Assembly: GCA_039714075.1 (NCBI GenBank)
Contig: JBDLKA010000042.1
Span: 1-27,854 of the forward strand
From: Candidatus Krumholzibacteriota bacterium
GTDB taxonomy: Bacteria > Krumholzibacteriota > Krumholzibacteriia > LZORAL124-64-63
Reading direction: 5' to 3'
Length of the DNA: 27,854 nt
Shown here one piece after another: positions 1 through 9,264 of the stretch; positions within the stretch are counted from its first letter, which is position 1, and every line of letters begins with the position of its first letter. The notes beneath the pieces were generated by a model that saw only the letters and a program-made list of their open reading frames with translations, had not been told where the DNA came from and made no database searches. The translations under genes were made by a program, and so were the position numbers.

Positions 1-1178
1 AATCTGTTCGCCGCGAAGCCGGAGGCCTCATCCCAGCCGATGCCCCAATCACCGAACGCAGCCAGCTGCAACCCGCCCCGGTACTTGATGCCCAGGGGCA
101 GGTCCCAGCCCCGGACCTTCAACAGGGTGTAGCGGTACTCGAGGGTGTTGAGCATCTGGTTGCGGCCCTTGCGGGCGGCAAAGTTCCAGCCGCGGACCGT
201 GTTGGTGCCGCCGATGCCGAACTGCTCCCAGGGCGCGACATCGACGCCGACCGTTCCTGATCGCAGGGTGGTCAGGGAAAATCCGGCCAGAGTGTGCCGG
301 TCCGCAAGGGGGTGGTAACGCCGCAGATCCACATCCGCCTGGACGAAGTTGCTGGAATTCTCGAACAACTCAATGGCCCTGGTCAGCACGATTTCGTTCC
401 ACCACCCCCGGGAGGTCCCGATGAAGGCGTCCAGACTGTCGTAACCCAGGTACAGTCCCAGCCGGGTGGCCTTGTCATGGTTGTCCGGGGCAAGAGTCAC
501 TCCGTCGATGTCGCTGCGGACGGACAGGAACGAGAAGATGCCCCCGACCCTGCCGTACCTGCCGATATTGGGGCCCGAGGCCAGATGAAACTCGTCGGAA
601 GACTCGAAAAAGTATTCCACCTGGTTTTCCTTTTCCCGGTGGTAGTATTCGACCTTGTAACCCCAGCGGTTGCCCCACACCCAGGGGTTTTCCAGGATCA
701 ATTCGATTTCGGTGTAGCCGCCGGCAAGGAAACGGGCGGACAGGTAGACATCCTTGCCCCACATGTTGGGGACCTTGATCCCCGCACCTGCGGAAACACC
801 TGTCTCATCGGAGAACCGGATGCCCACCGAAGGAAGGAACGGCACCAGTTCGACAAAGCGGTAGTGGACGATGACCCCTTCGGGGCCTGTTTCCGCTTTA
901 ATCTCGAGGCTGGAAAAAATGTCCAGTTGGTGAAGGTTCTGTTCATCCCGGGCGAGATTTTCGCGCAGACAGGGTTCGCCGACTTTGGAAACCAGTTCCC
1001 GGGTGACGACATGTTCGCGGGTCCTGTTCAAGCCTTCAAACCGCAGTTCGGCGATGATGGCGCCCCATGGGTCCACCACGGTGACGGAATCCTGCGCCCG
1101 CGCCGGAGTCTGGAAAAACCCCGCCACCAACAGGACAAGAGCGAGCATCAGCTCCGGATACCTTTTAAAACCCTCCAT
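1..1178 (-). CDS. Omp85/BamA/TamA-family outer-membrane protein (POTRA + surface-antigen barrel); 3' end lies beyond the window edge
   Basis: Not in the ORF track. Manual translation from ATG 1178 gives MEGFKRYPELMLALVLLVAGFFQTPARAQ (signal peptide), a POTRA-like stretch IAELRFEGLNRTREHVVTRELVSKVGEP...LHQLDIFS, and the barrel motif FGIGGTNTVRGW...NTLEYRY. The frame stays open to position 1. Confidence 0.85.
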   Translation of the reverse strand, partial: MEGFKRYPELMLALVLLVAGFFQTPARAQDSVTVVDPWGAIIAELRFEGLNRTREHVVTRELVSKVGEPCLRENLARDEQNLHQLDIFSSLEIKAETGPEGVIVHYRFVELVPFLPSVGIRFSDETGVSAGAGIKVPNMWGKDVYLSARFLAGGYTEIELILENPWVWGNRWGYKVEYYHREKENQVEYFFESSDEFHLASGPNIGRYGRVGGIFSFLSVRSDIDGVTLAPDNHDKATRLGLYLGYDSLDAFIGTSRGWWNEIVLTRAIELFENSSNFVQADVDLRRYHPLADRHTLAGFSLTTLRSGTVGVDVAPWEQFGIGGTNTVRGWNFAARKGRNQMLNTLEYRYTLLKVRGWDLPLGIKYRGGLQLAAFGDWGIGWDEASGFAANR

Positions 1179-1260
1179 GCACCCCCATCATGCCGCATGA
1201 ATGCGGCTCCCGACATTTGGACGGCCTCGCACCTTATCACATCCCTGGCATGAGCCAGAC

Positions 1261-2247
1261 TCAGAATTTCACCGAAATCGTGATGGACCCGAAGTGATCG
1301 GGACTGTGCTGCCCCTTGAACTCGGGCGTTCTGTTCACATAGACCAGGCCGACCCGCATTCCCAGTCCGGAAACCGCCAAACCGCCCACCAGGTCGCCGA
1401 CCAGGGGATTCTTGTCCACGCTGTGGCTGGTGGAGAACATGTTCCCGTCCAGGAAGAGGTTGCGCAGCATGAGACGGCCGTCCACGCCGCCGAACAGGTA
1501 CCAACCGAAGCCCTTGCCGGACACCATGCAGCCCGAACCCGGCGGTGCGGGCTGAATGCGGGGCGGACCGAAATCGCGTTCCAGACCATGCCCGAGGCGG
1601 ATCGTCCCGCCCACGCCCCCATAGGTGAAGACGTTGCCGAGAGCCACCGACCCGTGCGGCGACAGATCGACTTCCAGCCCCAGCAATCCGGTTTCGGAAA
1701 TGTTCCGCCACTTCTGTTCGAAGACCAGCATCAGGGTCAGCTCGTTGTTCAACTGGTTGTGCCAACCCCTGGGATCGGGCGAGTCGATGATCTTGTGAAA
1801 CCACTTCTGCAGTTCCTTGCCGCCGGCGGCGGGACCCACGACGCCGAATGACAGCTCCATCGTGCGCAGGATATCTCCGGTCGATCCCGTCAGACCAAGG
1901 TCCGCATGGAGCCAGGCGGCATAGGGACGATCGTCGGCCACCAGTTCGGTGGTGTCGATATCCTCCGGCGTGTAGAGATTCTGACCCAGCGCCATGCCGG
2001 CGTGCAGTTTGACATCGGGTTCCAGGAAATAGTGGCGCCGGGCCCAGCCGTCCAGCCACCCCCAGACCCGGTTCTCCCCGGTCCGGTAGGATAGCTGCAG
2101 GCCGTTGGTGTAGTGGCGGTCCGAATCGTCGGTGCCCAGGACGTCGTTTTCGAAATGGAGGGTGAAGGTGCCCTTGGGCGGATCACCCTGCGAGGCCTCG
2201 ACATTGGGCGCAGCCAGCATCAACAGGGCCGACATAAGCAGGACCAT
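1261..2247 (-). CDS. lpxR: Lipid A 3'-O-deacylase LpxR family (DUF2219) outer-membrane barrel
   Basis: Motifs FENDV..DRHYTNG, GQNLYTP, DRPYAAWL, LQKWFH, GWHNQL; C-terminal Phe (ITISVKF). Start moved to ATG 2247 (signal peptide MVLLMSALLMLAAPNVEA) to avoid overlap with the upstream gene; start uncertain. Confidence 0.85.
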   Translation of the reverse strand: MVLLMSALLMLAAPNVEASQGDPPKGTFTLHFENDVLGTDDSDRHYTNGLQLSYRTGENRVWGWLDGWARRHYFLEPDVKLHAGMALGQNLYTPEDIDTTELVADDRPYAAWLHADLGLTGSTGDILRTMELSFGVVGPAAGGKELQKWFHKIIDSPDPRGWHNQLNNELTLMLVFEQKWRNISETGLLGLEVDLSPHGSVALGNVFTYGGVGGTIRLGHGLERDFGPPRIQPAPPGSGCMVSGKGFGWYLFGGVDGRLMLRNLFLDGNMFSTSHSVDKNPLVGDLVGGLAVSGLGMRVGLVYVNRTPEFKGQHSPDHFGSITISVKF

Positions 2248-2300
2248 GCCCGCGAGCGGCCCCGCCGGAATCAAGGTGCCTCGTGTGGAGATCCCGGGTG

Positions 2301-3806
2301 TCAAAAGACCCTGCGCGAGATAAAGGTCCAGTCGCCGGCCCAAACCTCGACCCCGGGAACGATCTGGGTGGAAAGGATTTCCCCGTCACGACCCAGCAGT
2401 TCCACCTGCAGGTCGTAGATTCCCGGCGGCAGGGAGAGCCGCGCCAGGTTGACGTGCTCCGGCAACGTCATCCAGCTGCGGGTATCTGCGCTTTCGGTTA
2501 CCGCGCCGAAGATGTTGGCCGCGAGCCCGGCCCAACTCCCTCCTGCCTCCTCGGCCCCGCGCGTGGCCAGGTACTTGGTCAATCCCCGCAGAATTGTCTT
2601 GAAGAAGATGCTGGGTTTTTCGGCGTCGAAGGTGATCCGTGCCTGCCGGGTGCAGTTTTCAATGCGGGTGGTCACCGTGTGGTCGCCCGCCAGTCCGGCG
2701 GTGACGCGCGCCCCGCCGACGGGGCCGGGCAGTTGGTCGTCCAGTTGGGGGGCTGCCACCGTCGCCCAGTATTCGACCTTCCGCCCCGCGACCAGCGCCT
2801 GCATGTTGCCCATGCCCGCCCAGATCTGCCAGGACCAGTAGTCGGGATCGTTATAGGCTTCACCTTCGAAAATGGGGATGTCGAACCTGACCTGGCTTTT
2901 CTGGGCCACGAAACCCGACTCCAGCAACAGGACCACTTCACCGTTGCCCCGGCGCCAGGCGGCGGCCTTCTCGTAGTCTTCGCGGGTGCGGGGCAGGCTG
3001 TCCTCGTCAGCGCCGAAGGCAAACACATCGGGACAGGTCTTGTGCAGATGATCCAACTCGCCCCGGAAACCGATGCGCCCGGCGACCCGGGTCAGGTCCG
3101 GGCCCAGGGAAGGCGGGATATCGACCTCCAGCAGGCCGTGGTTCTGCTGATAGGCCACCGCGGCGTTGCGATAGGCGATAAAGGCGTCGTTGAGTTCGCC
3201 GTCCCAGTCGTAGAGCATGCCGCTGTAGTACAGCAGGAAGGCGTTGTTGCGGACCTTTTCGAAGTCGCCCTTGTCCTCGTCCCGCAATCCGTCCAAGGTC
3301 GCGTCGACGTATTTGGACAACTGCAGGCTGGCCCGCCGGGCTTCGACCTGGGCCTCGTTCCGCTGCCCCAGGTAGATATAGTTCAATCCCTTGTAGTAGG
3401 GCACCATCGCCATCTCGAAGGGGCGGGCCCGGTAGCTGATCGCGTTGTCGTTGGAGAACAGGGAAAAGGCGCCTTCGGAAATGGATTTGGTGTACAACTC
3501 GTCCGCGGTGCGCTCGGCGGCGGCGAAGGCCTCGTTGCTTTCGGCGAAGCGGTCGGCGTAGTGCAGGATGAGCCCGCGCTCGAGGTAGTACAGCAGGCGG
3601 TCCTTGCTGCCGCTTTCATCCTCGACGGTCGCCAGGGCCTTGTCGAATTCGCCGTTGGCAAGCTGGGGCTTCAGGTTCTTCAACTTGGCGCTGTAGGTGG
3701 CGCACCCGGTGGACAGAAGCAGCAGCGGCAGCAGGATCACCAGAACGGCCGCCGTGCGGGCGGCCGTCCCGGAGAACCGAAAAAACGGGGATTCAGGATA
3801 AACCAT
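2301..3806 (-). CDS. COG3014-like TPR-containing lipoprotein
   Basis: Lipobox LLSTGC, TPR-like LLYYLERGLILHY, EAQVEARRA, and C-terminal TESADTRSWMTLP typical of this family; adjacent to an LpoB-like gene as in other bacteria. Confidence 0.75.
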   Translation of the reverse strand: MVYPESPFFRFSGTAARTAAVLVILLPLLLLSTGCATYSAKLKNLKPQLANGEFDKALATVEDESGSKDRLLYYLERGLILHYADRFAESNEAFAAAERTADELYTKSISEGAFSLFSNDNAISYRARPFEMAMVPYYKGLNYIYLGQRNEAQVEARRASLQLSKYVDATLDGLRDEDKGDFEKVRNNAFLLYYSGMLYDWDGELNDAFIAYRNAAVAYQQNHGLLEVDIPPSLGPDLTRVAGRIGFRGELDHLHKTCPDVFAFGADEDSLPRTREDYEKAAAWRRGNGEVVLLLESGFVAQKSQVRFDIPIFEGEAYNDPDYWSWQIWAGMGNMQALVAGRKVEYWATVAAPQLDDQLPGPVGGARVTAGLAGDHTVTTRIENCTRQARITFDAEKPSIFFKTILRGLTKYLATRGAEEAGGSWAGLAANIFGAVTESADTRSWMTLPEHVNLARLSLPPGIYDLQVELLGRDGEILSTQIVPGVEVWAGDWTFISRRVF

Positions 3807-3812
3807 GGTTCA

Positions 3813-4427
3813 TCAGGGCTTGTATTTGCCCTTGCCGACGAACTTCTTGATCTTCTCGAAACCCGCCCAGACCTTCGTATTGTCCTCGAGATCGGCCAGG
3901 TAGGCATCCACCTGGTAATACTTCACCGCGTCGCCGCCTTCCTGGTCGACGATCATGTTGATCTCGCCGATCAACATGTAGTCGGCGCCCTTCTCCCGGC
4001 CCCACTGTTTCATGGTTTCGGCGGAGGAGAACTCCTGCTGGTCGGCTCGCTCACCGCGGATTTCATCCCGTTCCTCGGCGCTGGCAACCACCCGGACCCG
4101 GCCACCGTTGATGAAATTACGCTCCAGGTCGGCGATGAAGGTCTTGACCGCGATGTGTTCGGAGGTCTTGTTCCGGACCGTGCCGACGATCAGGTAGGGC
4201 TTTTTCCCCTTCTCGGCGCGGAAGTCCTCCACCCAGGGGCTCATGGTGATCTGGGTCGTCAGGGCGGAGGACACCATCTGGCTGTCGGTGTCGTTCCACT
4301 CACCCGACAGGTCGATCTGTTCCTCCACTTCCACGCGGGTGACCTGCTTGCCGCCACAACCGGTCAGGGCGAAAAGGGCCAGCACGGCGACCCCGACAAG
4401 GGCGATACGAGCAAAATTCCTGATCAT
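3813..4427 (-). CDS. LpoB-like lipoprotein (penicillin-binding protein activator family)
   Basis: AGGAGG RBS, ATGA overlap with the Mo-subunit stop, lipobox ALTGC, motifs DLSGEWNDTD, VRNKTSEHI, GADYMLIGEI, KVWAGFEKIKK. Confidence 0.8.
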   Translation of the reverse strand: MIRNFARIALVGVAVLALFALTGCGGKQVTRVEVEEQIDLSGEWNDTDSQMVSSALTTQITMSPWVEDFRAEKGKKPYLIVGTVRNKTSEHIAVKTFIADLERNFINGGRVRVVASAEERDEIRGERADQQEFSSAETMKQWGREKGADYMLIGEINMIVDQEGGDAVKYYQVDAYLADLEDNTKVWAGFEKIKKFVGKGKYKP

Positions 4428-6715
4428 CGGGTTTCCTCCTTTAATCCCCGCCAAACACGTTCACTGGTGGCGGGAATCCGGTACATGCGGACTCCCACCG
4501 CGTCGCGGATGGCGTTCACGATGGCCGGCGCGGGCCCGTCGATGGGCACCTCCCCGGCCGCTTTGGCTCCGTAGGGTCCGGTCGGTTCGTCGGTCGAAAC
4601 CAGGATCGTGACCATGTCGGGCACGTCCAGGGACGACGCGATCTTGTAATCCAGGAAATTGGGGTTCAAGACCCTCCCCGTCCTGTCCAGCAGGACCTCC
4701 TCGAAAAGAGCGTAGCCCAAACCCTGGGCCACTGCACCTTCTATTTGGCCTTCGGCCAACCGGGGATGGATGGGCGTCCCGCAATCCACCGCCGACACGA
4801 AACGGCGCAGATGGACCTGTCCCGTTTCCGTATCGACTTCCACTTCCGCGAATTGAGCGGCGAAAGGCGGCGGGGAATCGTCGGACATGTGGCTGGCCGT
4901 GGCCATGGGCTGGATCTTGGCCTCGTACAGGGCAAAAAGGGCGACGTCACCCATGGTCATGCTCTGTTCCCGGGGACCGGTGACCCGGCCGTCGGAAAAA
5001 ACGATCTCCTCCGGCCCGCACTCCCAGTGCGCGCCCAGGACACCGGCCAACTGCCCGCGCACCTCGGCGGCCGCCTTGACCACCGCGCCGCCCGAAACGT
5101 AGGTCGTGCTGGAAGCGTAGGCGCCCACGTCGAAAGGCGTCAGGTCGGTGTCCGAACTCAGGATGATCACCTTGTCATAGGGGATGCCAAGTTCCTCGGC
5201 ACACATCTGGGCCAGCACCGTGTCCGAACCCTGGCCGATATCCGTGGCTCCGACCGAAAGGTTCACGCTGCCGTCGTCGTTCAGTTTGACGGTGGCCCCG
5301 CCCCAGTCGACCCCCGCGATGCCCGACCCCTGCATGGCCAGCGCCATGCCGAGGCCGCGTTTCAGATGGGGCGCCGAAGGCTCGCTCTTTTTCCCCCAGC
5401 CGATGGCCTCGCACCCGAGTTCGATGGCCTTGTCCAGTCCGGTGCTGTTGACCACCCGCACCAGCCCTTCCTTGCCCTCCCCCAGCTTGGCCGACAGCGG
5501 ATCGGTGTCCCCCAGCTTGATGTGGTTTTTCTTCCTCAGTTCGAGCCGGTCCATTCCCAGTTCGAGCGCAACTTCATCAATGTGGCTTTCCAGGGCGAAA
5601 CAGCCCTGGGGCGCCCCGTACCCGCGGAAAGCCCCGCTGATGGGGTTGTTGGTGTAGACGCAATCCACCTGGAAATGGATGTTGGCCGCGGGATACATGG
5701 GCAGAACCTTCTGCCCCGTGTTGCCCTGCACGGTCAGGGCGTGGCTGCCGTAGGCCCCGGTGTCGGCCAGCACGTGCATCCGGTTGGCCACGATGGTGCC
5801 GTCATTCATCACCCCGGTGGTCATGGTGATCCTCTGGGGATGCCGGTAGCGGGCGGCGGTCAGTTCCTCCTCGCGCGTGAACTCCAGCCGCACCGGCCGG
5901 CCCGTGCGCAAAGCCAGGACGCTGACCAGATCCTCGATCACCAGCTCCTGCTTGTCCCCGAAGCCGCCGCCGACCCGGGGCTTGATCACCCGGATCCGCG
6001 CTTCGGGAATCTCCAGGATGCGCGCCAGCATGCGCCGCAGATGGAACGGAACCTGGGTGCTGGTGCGCACGATCAGGCGGTCGTCCTCGTCGATCCAGGC
6101 AATGGAAACATGCGGTTCGATATGACTGGCCTGCACCCGGGGCAGATAGTAGGTCCGGGTCACGACCAGGTCGCAGTCCTTCAGCGCGGCGTCGACATCG
6201 CCGACCTGCTTGTCGATGCGCGCAGCGACGTTGGTGGCGCCGGCCTCGCTGATGCCCCGCGGATCGGGCTCCTCGTGGATGAGAACCTCGGTTTCGGCCA
6301 GGGCCTCGTCCATGTCCGTCAAGGCGGGCAGCTCTTCGTATTCAACTTCGAGGCGCGCCAACGCGGCGGTGGCCTGAGCCGCCGATTCGGCGACCACGAC
6401 GGCCACCCGGTCGCCGATGAAACGCGCCTTGGGCGGCAGGACCAGCGTGTCGTAGGGAGACGGCTCGGGGTGGCTCTGGCCCGCCCGCGTGTGGGGAATG
6501 GCCTTGACGTCCCGGTGCCAGATGACGTCCACCACGCCGTCGAGTTCCAGGGCCGCGGAGGCGTTCACGTTCAGGATTTTCGCATGCGGATGGGGTGACC
6601 GCAGGACCTTGGCGTACAACATGCCCTCGCGGTGGAAATCGTCCGTGAAGACCGGTTCGCCACGAGCCAGTTTGAAGGCGTCGATCTTGGTCACGTTCCT
6701 GCCGACGACCTTCAT
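4424..6715 (-). CDS. Xanthine dehydrogenase family molybdopterin-binding subunit, XdhD-like
   Basis: RSPHPHA, STQVPF, VGGGFGDK, AFRGYGAPQG, DIGQGSDT, EGQIEG, GAKAAGEVP (catalytic Glu). AGQSHPEPSPYD resembles the corresponding segment of E. coli XdhD as I recall it. Start at ATG 6715 (ATGA overlap). Confidence 0.92.
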   Translation of the reverse strand: MKVVGRNVTKIDAFKLARGEPVFTDDFHREGMLYAKVLRSPHPHAKILNVNASAALELDGVVDVIWHRDVKAIPHTRAGQSHPEPSPYDTLVLPPKARFIGDRVAVVVAESAAQATAALARLEVEYEELPALTDMDEALAETEVLIHEEPDPRGISEAGATNVAARIDKQVGDVDAALKDCDLVVTRTYYLPRVQASHIEPHVSIAWIDEDDRLIVRTSTQVPFHLRRMLARILEIPEARIRVIKPRVGGGFGDKQELVIEDLVSVLALRTGRPVRLEFTREEELTAARYRHPQRITMTTGVMNDGTIVANRMHVLADTGAYGSHALTVQGNTGQKVLPMYPAANIHFQVDCVYTNNPISGAFRGYGAPQGCFALESHIDEVALELGMDRLELRKKNHIKLGDTDPLSAKLGEGKEGLVRVVNSTGLDKAIELGCEAIGWGKKSEPSAPHLKRGLGMALAMQGSGIAGVDWGGATVKLNDDGSVNLSVGATDIGQGSDTVLAQMCAEELGIPYDKVIILSSDTDLTPFDVGAYASSTTYVSGGAVVKAAAEVRGQLAGVLGAHWECGPEEIVFSDGRVTGPREQSMTMGDVALFALYEAKIQPMATASHMSDDSPPPFAAQFAEVEVDTETGQVHLRRFVSAVDCGTPIHPRLAEGQIEGAVAQGLGYALFEEVLLDRTGRVLNPNFLDYKIASSLDVPDMVTILVSTDEPTGPYGAKAAGEVPIDGPAPAIVNAIRDAVGVRMYRIPATSERVWRGLKEETR

Positions 6716-7191
6716 TTCGGCACCTCCATGGCCGCCGCCACAGCGCGAGCGGCCTCCACCGGTTTGACGTATCCGGTGCAGCGGCAAAGATTCCCCGTCA
6801 GGGCGTGGCGGATCGTCTTTTCATCGATATCTTCGCCCGCTGGCAGGCCCTGCTTCATCAGGGCGTAAAGGCTGATCAGCAGGCCCGGAATGCAGTACCC
6901 GCACTGGACCGCCCCGTGCTCCACCAGTTCGGTCTGCAGGCGGACCATCAGGTCGTCGCCCAACAGCCCCTCCATGGTGGTCACCCGGTGCCCGTCGGCC
7001 CGGGCCGCGACCACCATGCAGGAGTTGACCGGTTGCCCGTCCAGCAGAACCGTGCACGATCCGCAGTCGCCGGTTTCACAGCCCAGCTTGGGAGAAAAAA
7101 CCTTCGCCGCACGCAGGGCCTGGAGCAATGTCTCGCCCGGCGCCACTTCCAGGTCGGTCGCGGTCCCGTTGAGGTTGAATGAGATGTTCAC
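6712..7191 (-). CDS. Xanthine dehydrogenase family (2Fe-2S)-binding small subunit
   Basis: GCETGDCGSC...SC and QCGYC...NLCRCTGY two-cluster motifs; GTGA overlap with the FAD subunit. Confidence 0.95.
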   Translation of the reverse strand: MNISFNLNGTATDLEVAPGETLLQALRAAKVFSPKLGCETGDCGSCTVLLDGQPVNSCMVVAARADGHRVTTMEGLLGDDLMVRLQTELVEHGAVQCGYCIPGLLISLYALMKQGLPAGEDIDEKTIRHALTGNLCRCTGYVKPVEAARAVAAAMEVPK

Positions 7192-8069
7192 GCTGCTCCG
7201 CCCTCCCTGTTTTCCCCGCCGCTGTTGAGAATCCGGGTCACCAGCCTGCGGGTCAGCACATTGACCATGTCCCGCCGGTAATCGGCCGACGCCCGGTGGT
7301 CGTCCAGCGGATCACATTCCCCCGCGGCGATATTCGCCACGTCACGCATGACATCGGGCGTTACCGCCGCGACCTCCTGGCCCATCAACATCGTTTCGGC
7401 CAGGGTGGCCCGCATGGGGACCGGAGAGACGGCACCCAGGGCGATCCGGGCTTCCTGGATCCGGTCGTCCTTTATCCCCAAGGCGACGGCGACCTGCACC
7501 AGGGAGATGTCCTCGGCGGTCCGGGTCAGCTTGTGCGAAGCGCAACGCCAGCCGGCGCAATCCCCCGGCAGGGCCACGCCCACCAGAAGACGGTCCTCCA
7601 GAACGGTCAGCCGCGGGCCCACGAAAAAATCGGTCAGCGGCAGGCTTTCCTGGCTGTCTTCATCGGCAATGTAGCAGGTGGCGTCCAGGGCCAGCAGGAC
7701 GGGCGCCATATCGGCCGAAGGCAGGGCGTTGCAGAGATTGCCGCCCATGGTGGCCGTCGAGCGGACAGGCCGGTTGCCGCACTGGGAAGCCGCCAGGCTG
7801 ACGGCTCCGCCGGCGAAATCCCGGACAAAATCGTGGTCCGCGAGCCCCTGCAAGGTGGCCGCCGCGCCGATGAAAAGATCCTCCCCGGGAGTCCGGGCGA
7901 TATCCCCGATGCCGGCATTATTGATATCGACTACAAAATCGCAGGCCGGATGCTCCAGCAGCATATCGGTGCCCCCGGCTATGTAGGCCCCTTTGCCCGG
8001 TCCCTTGCGCAACAGGGCCACCGCCTCGGCGGGACTCGAGGCGATCCTGTACTCCTGCAGGTTCCACAT
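7188..8069 (-). CDS. Xanthine dehydrogenase family FAD-binding subunit
   Basis: IAGGTD, ATMGGNLCNALPSAD, RIALGAV, DHRASADYRR; AAGGAG RBS before ATG 8069. Confidence 0.93.
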   Translation of the reverse strand: MWNLQEYRIASSPAEAVALLRKGPGKGAYIAGGTDMLLEHPACDFVVDINNAGIGDIARTPGEDLFIGAAATLQGLADHDFVRDFAGGAVSLAASQCGNRPVRSTATMGGNLCNALPSADMAPVLLALDATCYIADEDSQESLPLTDFFVGPRLTVLEDRLLVGVALPGDCAGWRCASHKLTRTAEDISLVQVAVALGIKDDRIQEARIALGAVSPVPMRATLAETMLMGQEVAAVTPDVMRDVANIAAGECDPLDDHRASADYRRDMVNVLTRRLVTRILNSGGENREGGAA

Positions 8070-8107
8070 GGGAATACTCCTTTCCATGCAGCCATTCCGT
8101 TGGCCCG

Positions 8108-8135
8108 AGTATACCGGGACAAGATAATCAGGCAA
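8108..8135 (-). promoter_or_regulatory. Putative sigma70 promoter for the xdh-like operon
   Basis: Minus strand TTGCCT-16 bp-TATACT, about 40 bp upstream of ATG 8069. Confidence 0.5.
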
Positions 8136-8180
8136 GATTTTACCGGCCTTCACCGCGATCGGCCGCGAAAGGAAATTTCA

Positions 8181-8209
8181 TCGACACTTCCGGAATTCGG
8201 GTGTAGTTT
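8181..8209 (+). promoter_or_regulatory. Putative sigma70 promoter for the beta-barrel gene
   Basis: TCGACA-17 bp-TAGTTT. Confidence 0.35.
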
Positions 8210-8235
8210 GGCCGGGGGATTCAGACAGCAATCAG

Positions 8236-8260
8236 CTCTTTCCAAAGACTCTTTCCAAAG
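8236..8260 (+). repeat. Tandem direct repeat CTCTTTCCAAAG x2
   Basis: Exact 12-mer at 8236-8247 and 8249-8260, abutting the RBS of the gene at 8270. Confidence 0.85.
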
Positions 8261-8269
8261 GATGTACCG

Positions 8270-8998
8270 ATGAGGGGATTGAAATGGTTCACGATGCTCG
8301 GAGTGATGGCCGTTCTGCTGACCGCCGTTGCGGACGATGCCCTGGCCCAGCGCCGCGGCAGAGGCGGTCCGGCTCGCCAGGCCCCGGCGGGATTCAAACC
8401 ATTTCTTGAAGTCAGCGGCACCTACGGGTCCATGTGGGGCGGCCATGTCGATCTGACCTATGGCTTCAATTCCCGGAAAATCCGTACCGGCACCGGGTCC
8501 AGTGTCGGCTTCGCCCTGGACTACAACATCCATCCCATGCAGGCGTTCGAGATCAGTTATACACGGCAGGCAGGCAGTCTGGATTTCGATCACCAGGGTG
8601 TCAGGACCCTGACCGACATGTCGGTCAACGTGTGGCAAATCGGCTCGGTCCGGAAGCTGGCGCCGGGAAAGGTCCAGCCCTTCGTGCTGGCCAGCCTGGG
8701 CGTGACCTACTTCAGCCCTTCGCTCTCCTCGTTCCTTCTGGATCCCGACGACCCGGATTCGGAAGTTTTCACCCAGGGGACCACCAAGTTCTCCATGAAC
8801 TTCGGCCTGGGGTTCAAGGCCTACTTCGGGAAAGCGGAGAAGATCGGCATCCGGGCCACCTTCAAGGCCATGCCCACCCTGTATAATACGGGCGCCGGGC
8901 TCTGGTTCGGTTCCGGGGGAGCCGGAGTCACCGTGACCGGCAACGCCATCTGGCAGTGGGAAGTTGCCGGAGGTGTGACCGTCAAATTCGGGACCTGA
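8270..8998 (+). CDS. Outer-membrane beta-barrel protein (OmpA/OmpW-like small barrel)
   Basis: Signal peptide, alternating amphipathic strands (VQPFVLASLGVTYF, KFSMNFGLGFKAYF, QWEVAGGVTVKF). Confidence 0.8.
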   Translation: MRGLKWFTMLGVMAVLLTAVADDALAQRRGRGGPARQAPAGFKPFLEVSGTYGSMWGGHVDLTYGFNSRKIRTGTGSSVGFALDYNIHPMQAFEISYTRQAGSLDFDHQGVRTLTDMSVNVWQIGSVRKLAPGKVQPFVLASLGVTYFSPSLSSFLLDPDDPDSEVFTQGTTKFSMNFGLGFKAYFGKAEKIGIRATFKAMPTLYNTGAGLWFGSGGAGVTVTGNAIWQWEVAGGVTVKFGT

Positions 8999-9037
8999 TC
9001 ACCATATTATCCGGCTCCGCATGAATTCGAGACCATG

Positions 9038-9065
9038 GCCCGGGCTCTTCAGCCCGGGCATTTTT
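9038..9065 (+). terminator. Rho-independent terminator
   Basis: GCCCGGGCT-cttc-AGCCCGGGC followed by ATTTTT. Confidence 0.85.
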
Positions 9066-9264
9066 CAAAGTGCCCCCGGGGACACTTTTCTGCTCTATTT
9101 AGTTTGTTTTCAATGGGTTAAAATATTGGGACGAGCTTCTTGGGTATTTTGACAGCATATCTATTGTCAGTCTCATAAAAAAGTAAATAAAAATGTTGTC
9201 AAACTTTCAGCTTTGACTAGGGAGGCGATTTTCACAATAACCCACAATTTAACCACCAAGTAGT

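Noticed and set aside
294..1253. 319-aa plus-strand ORF
   Set aside because: Shadow of the minus-strand Omp85 gene, which the track missed because it runs off the window edge.
2283..4574. 763-aa plus-strand ORF
   Set aside because: Antisense shadow of the COG3014 and LpoB-like genes caused by GC-rich codon bias; no recognisable motifs.
4745..6598. 617-aa plus-strand ORF
   Set aside because: Shadow of the Mo subunit.
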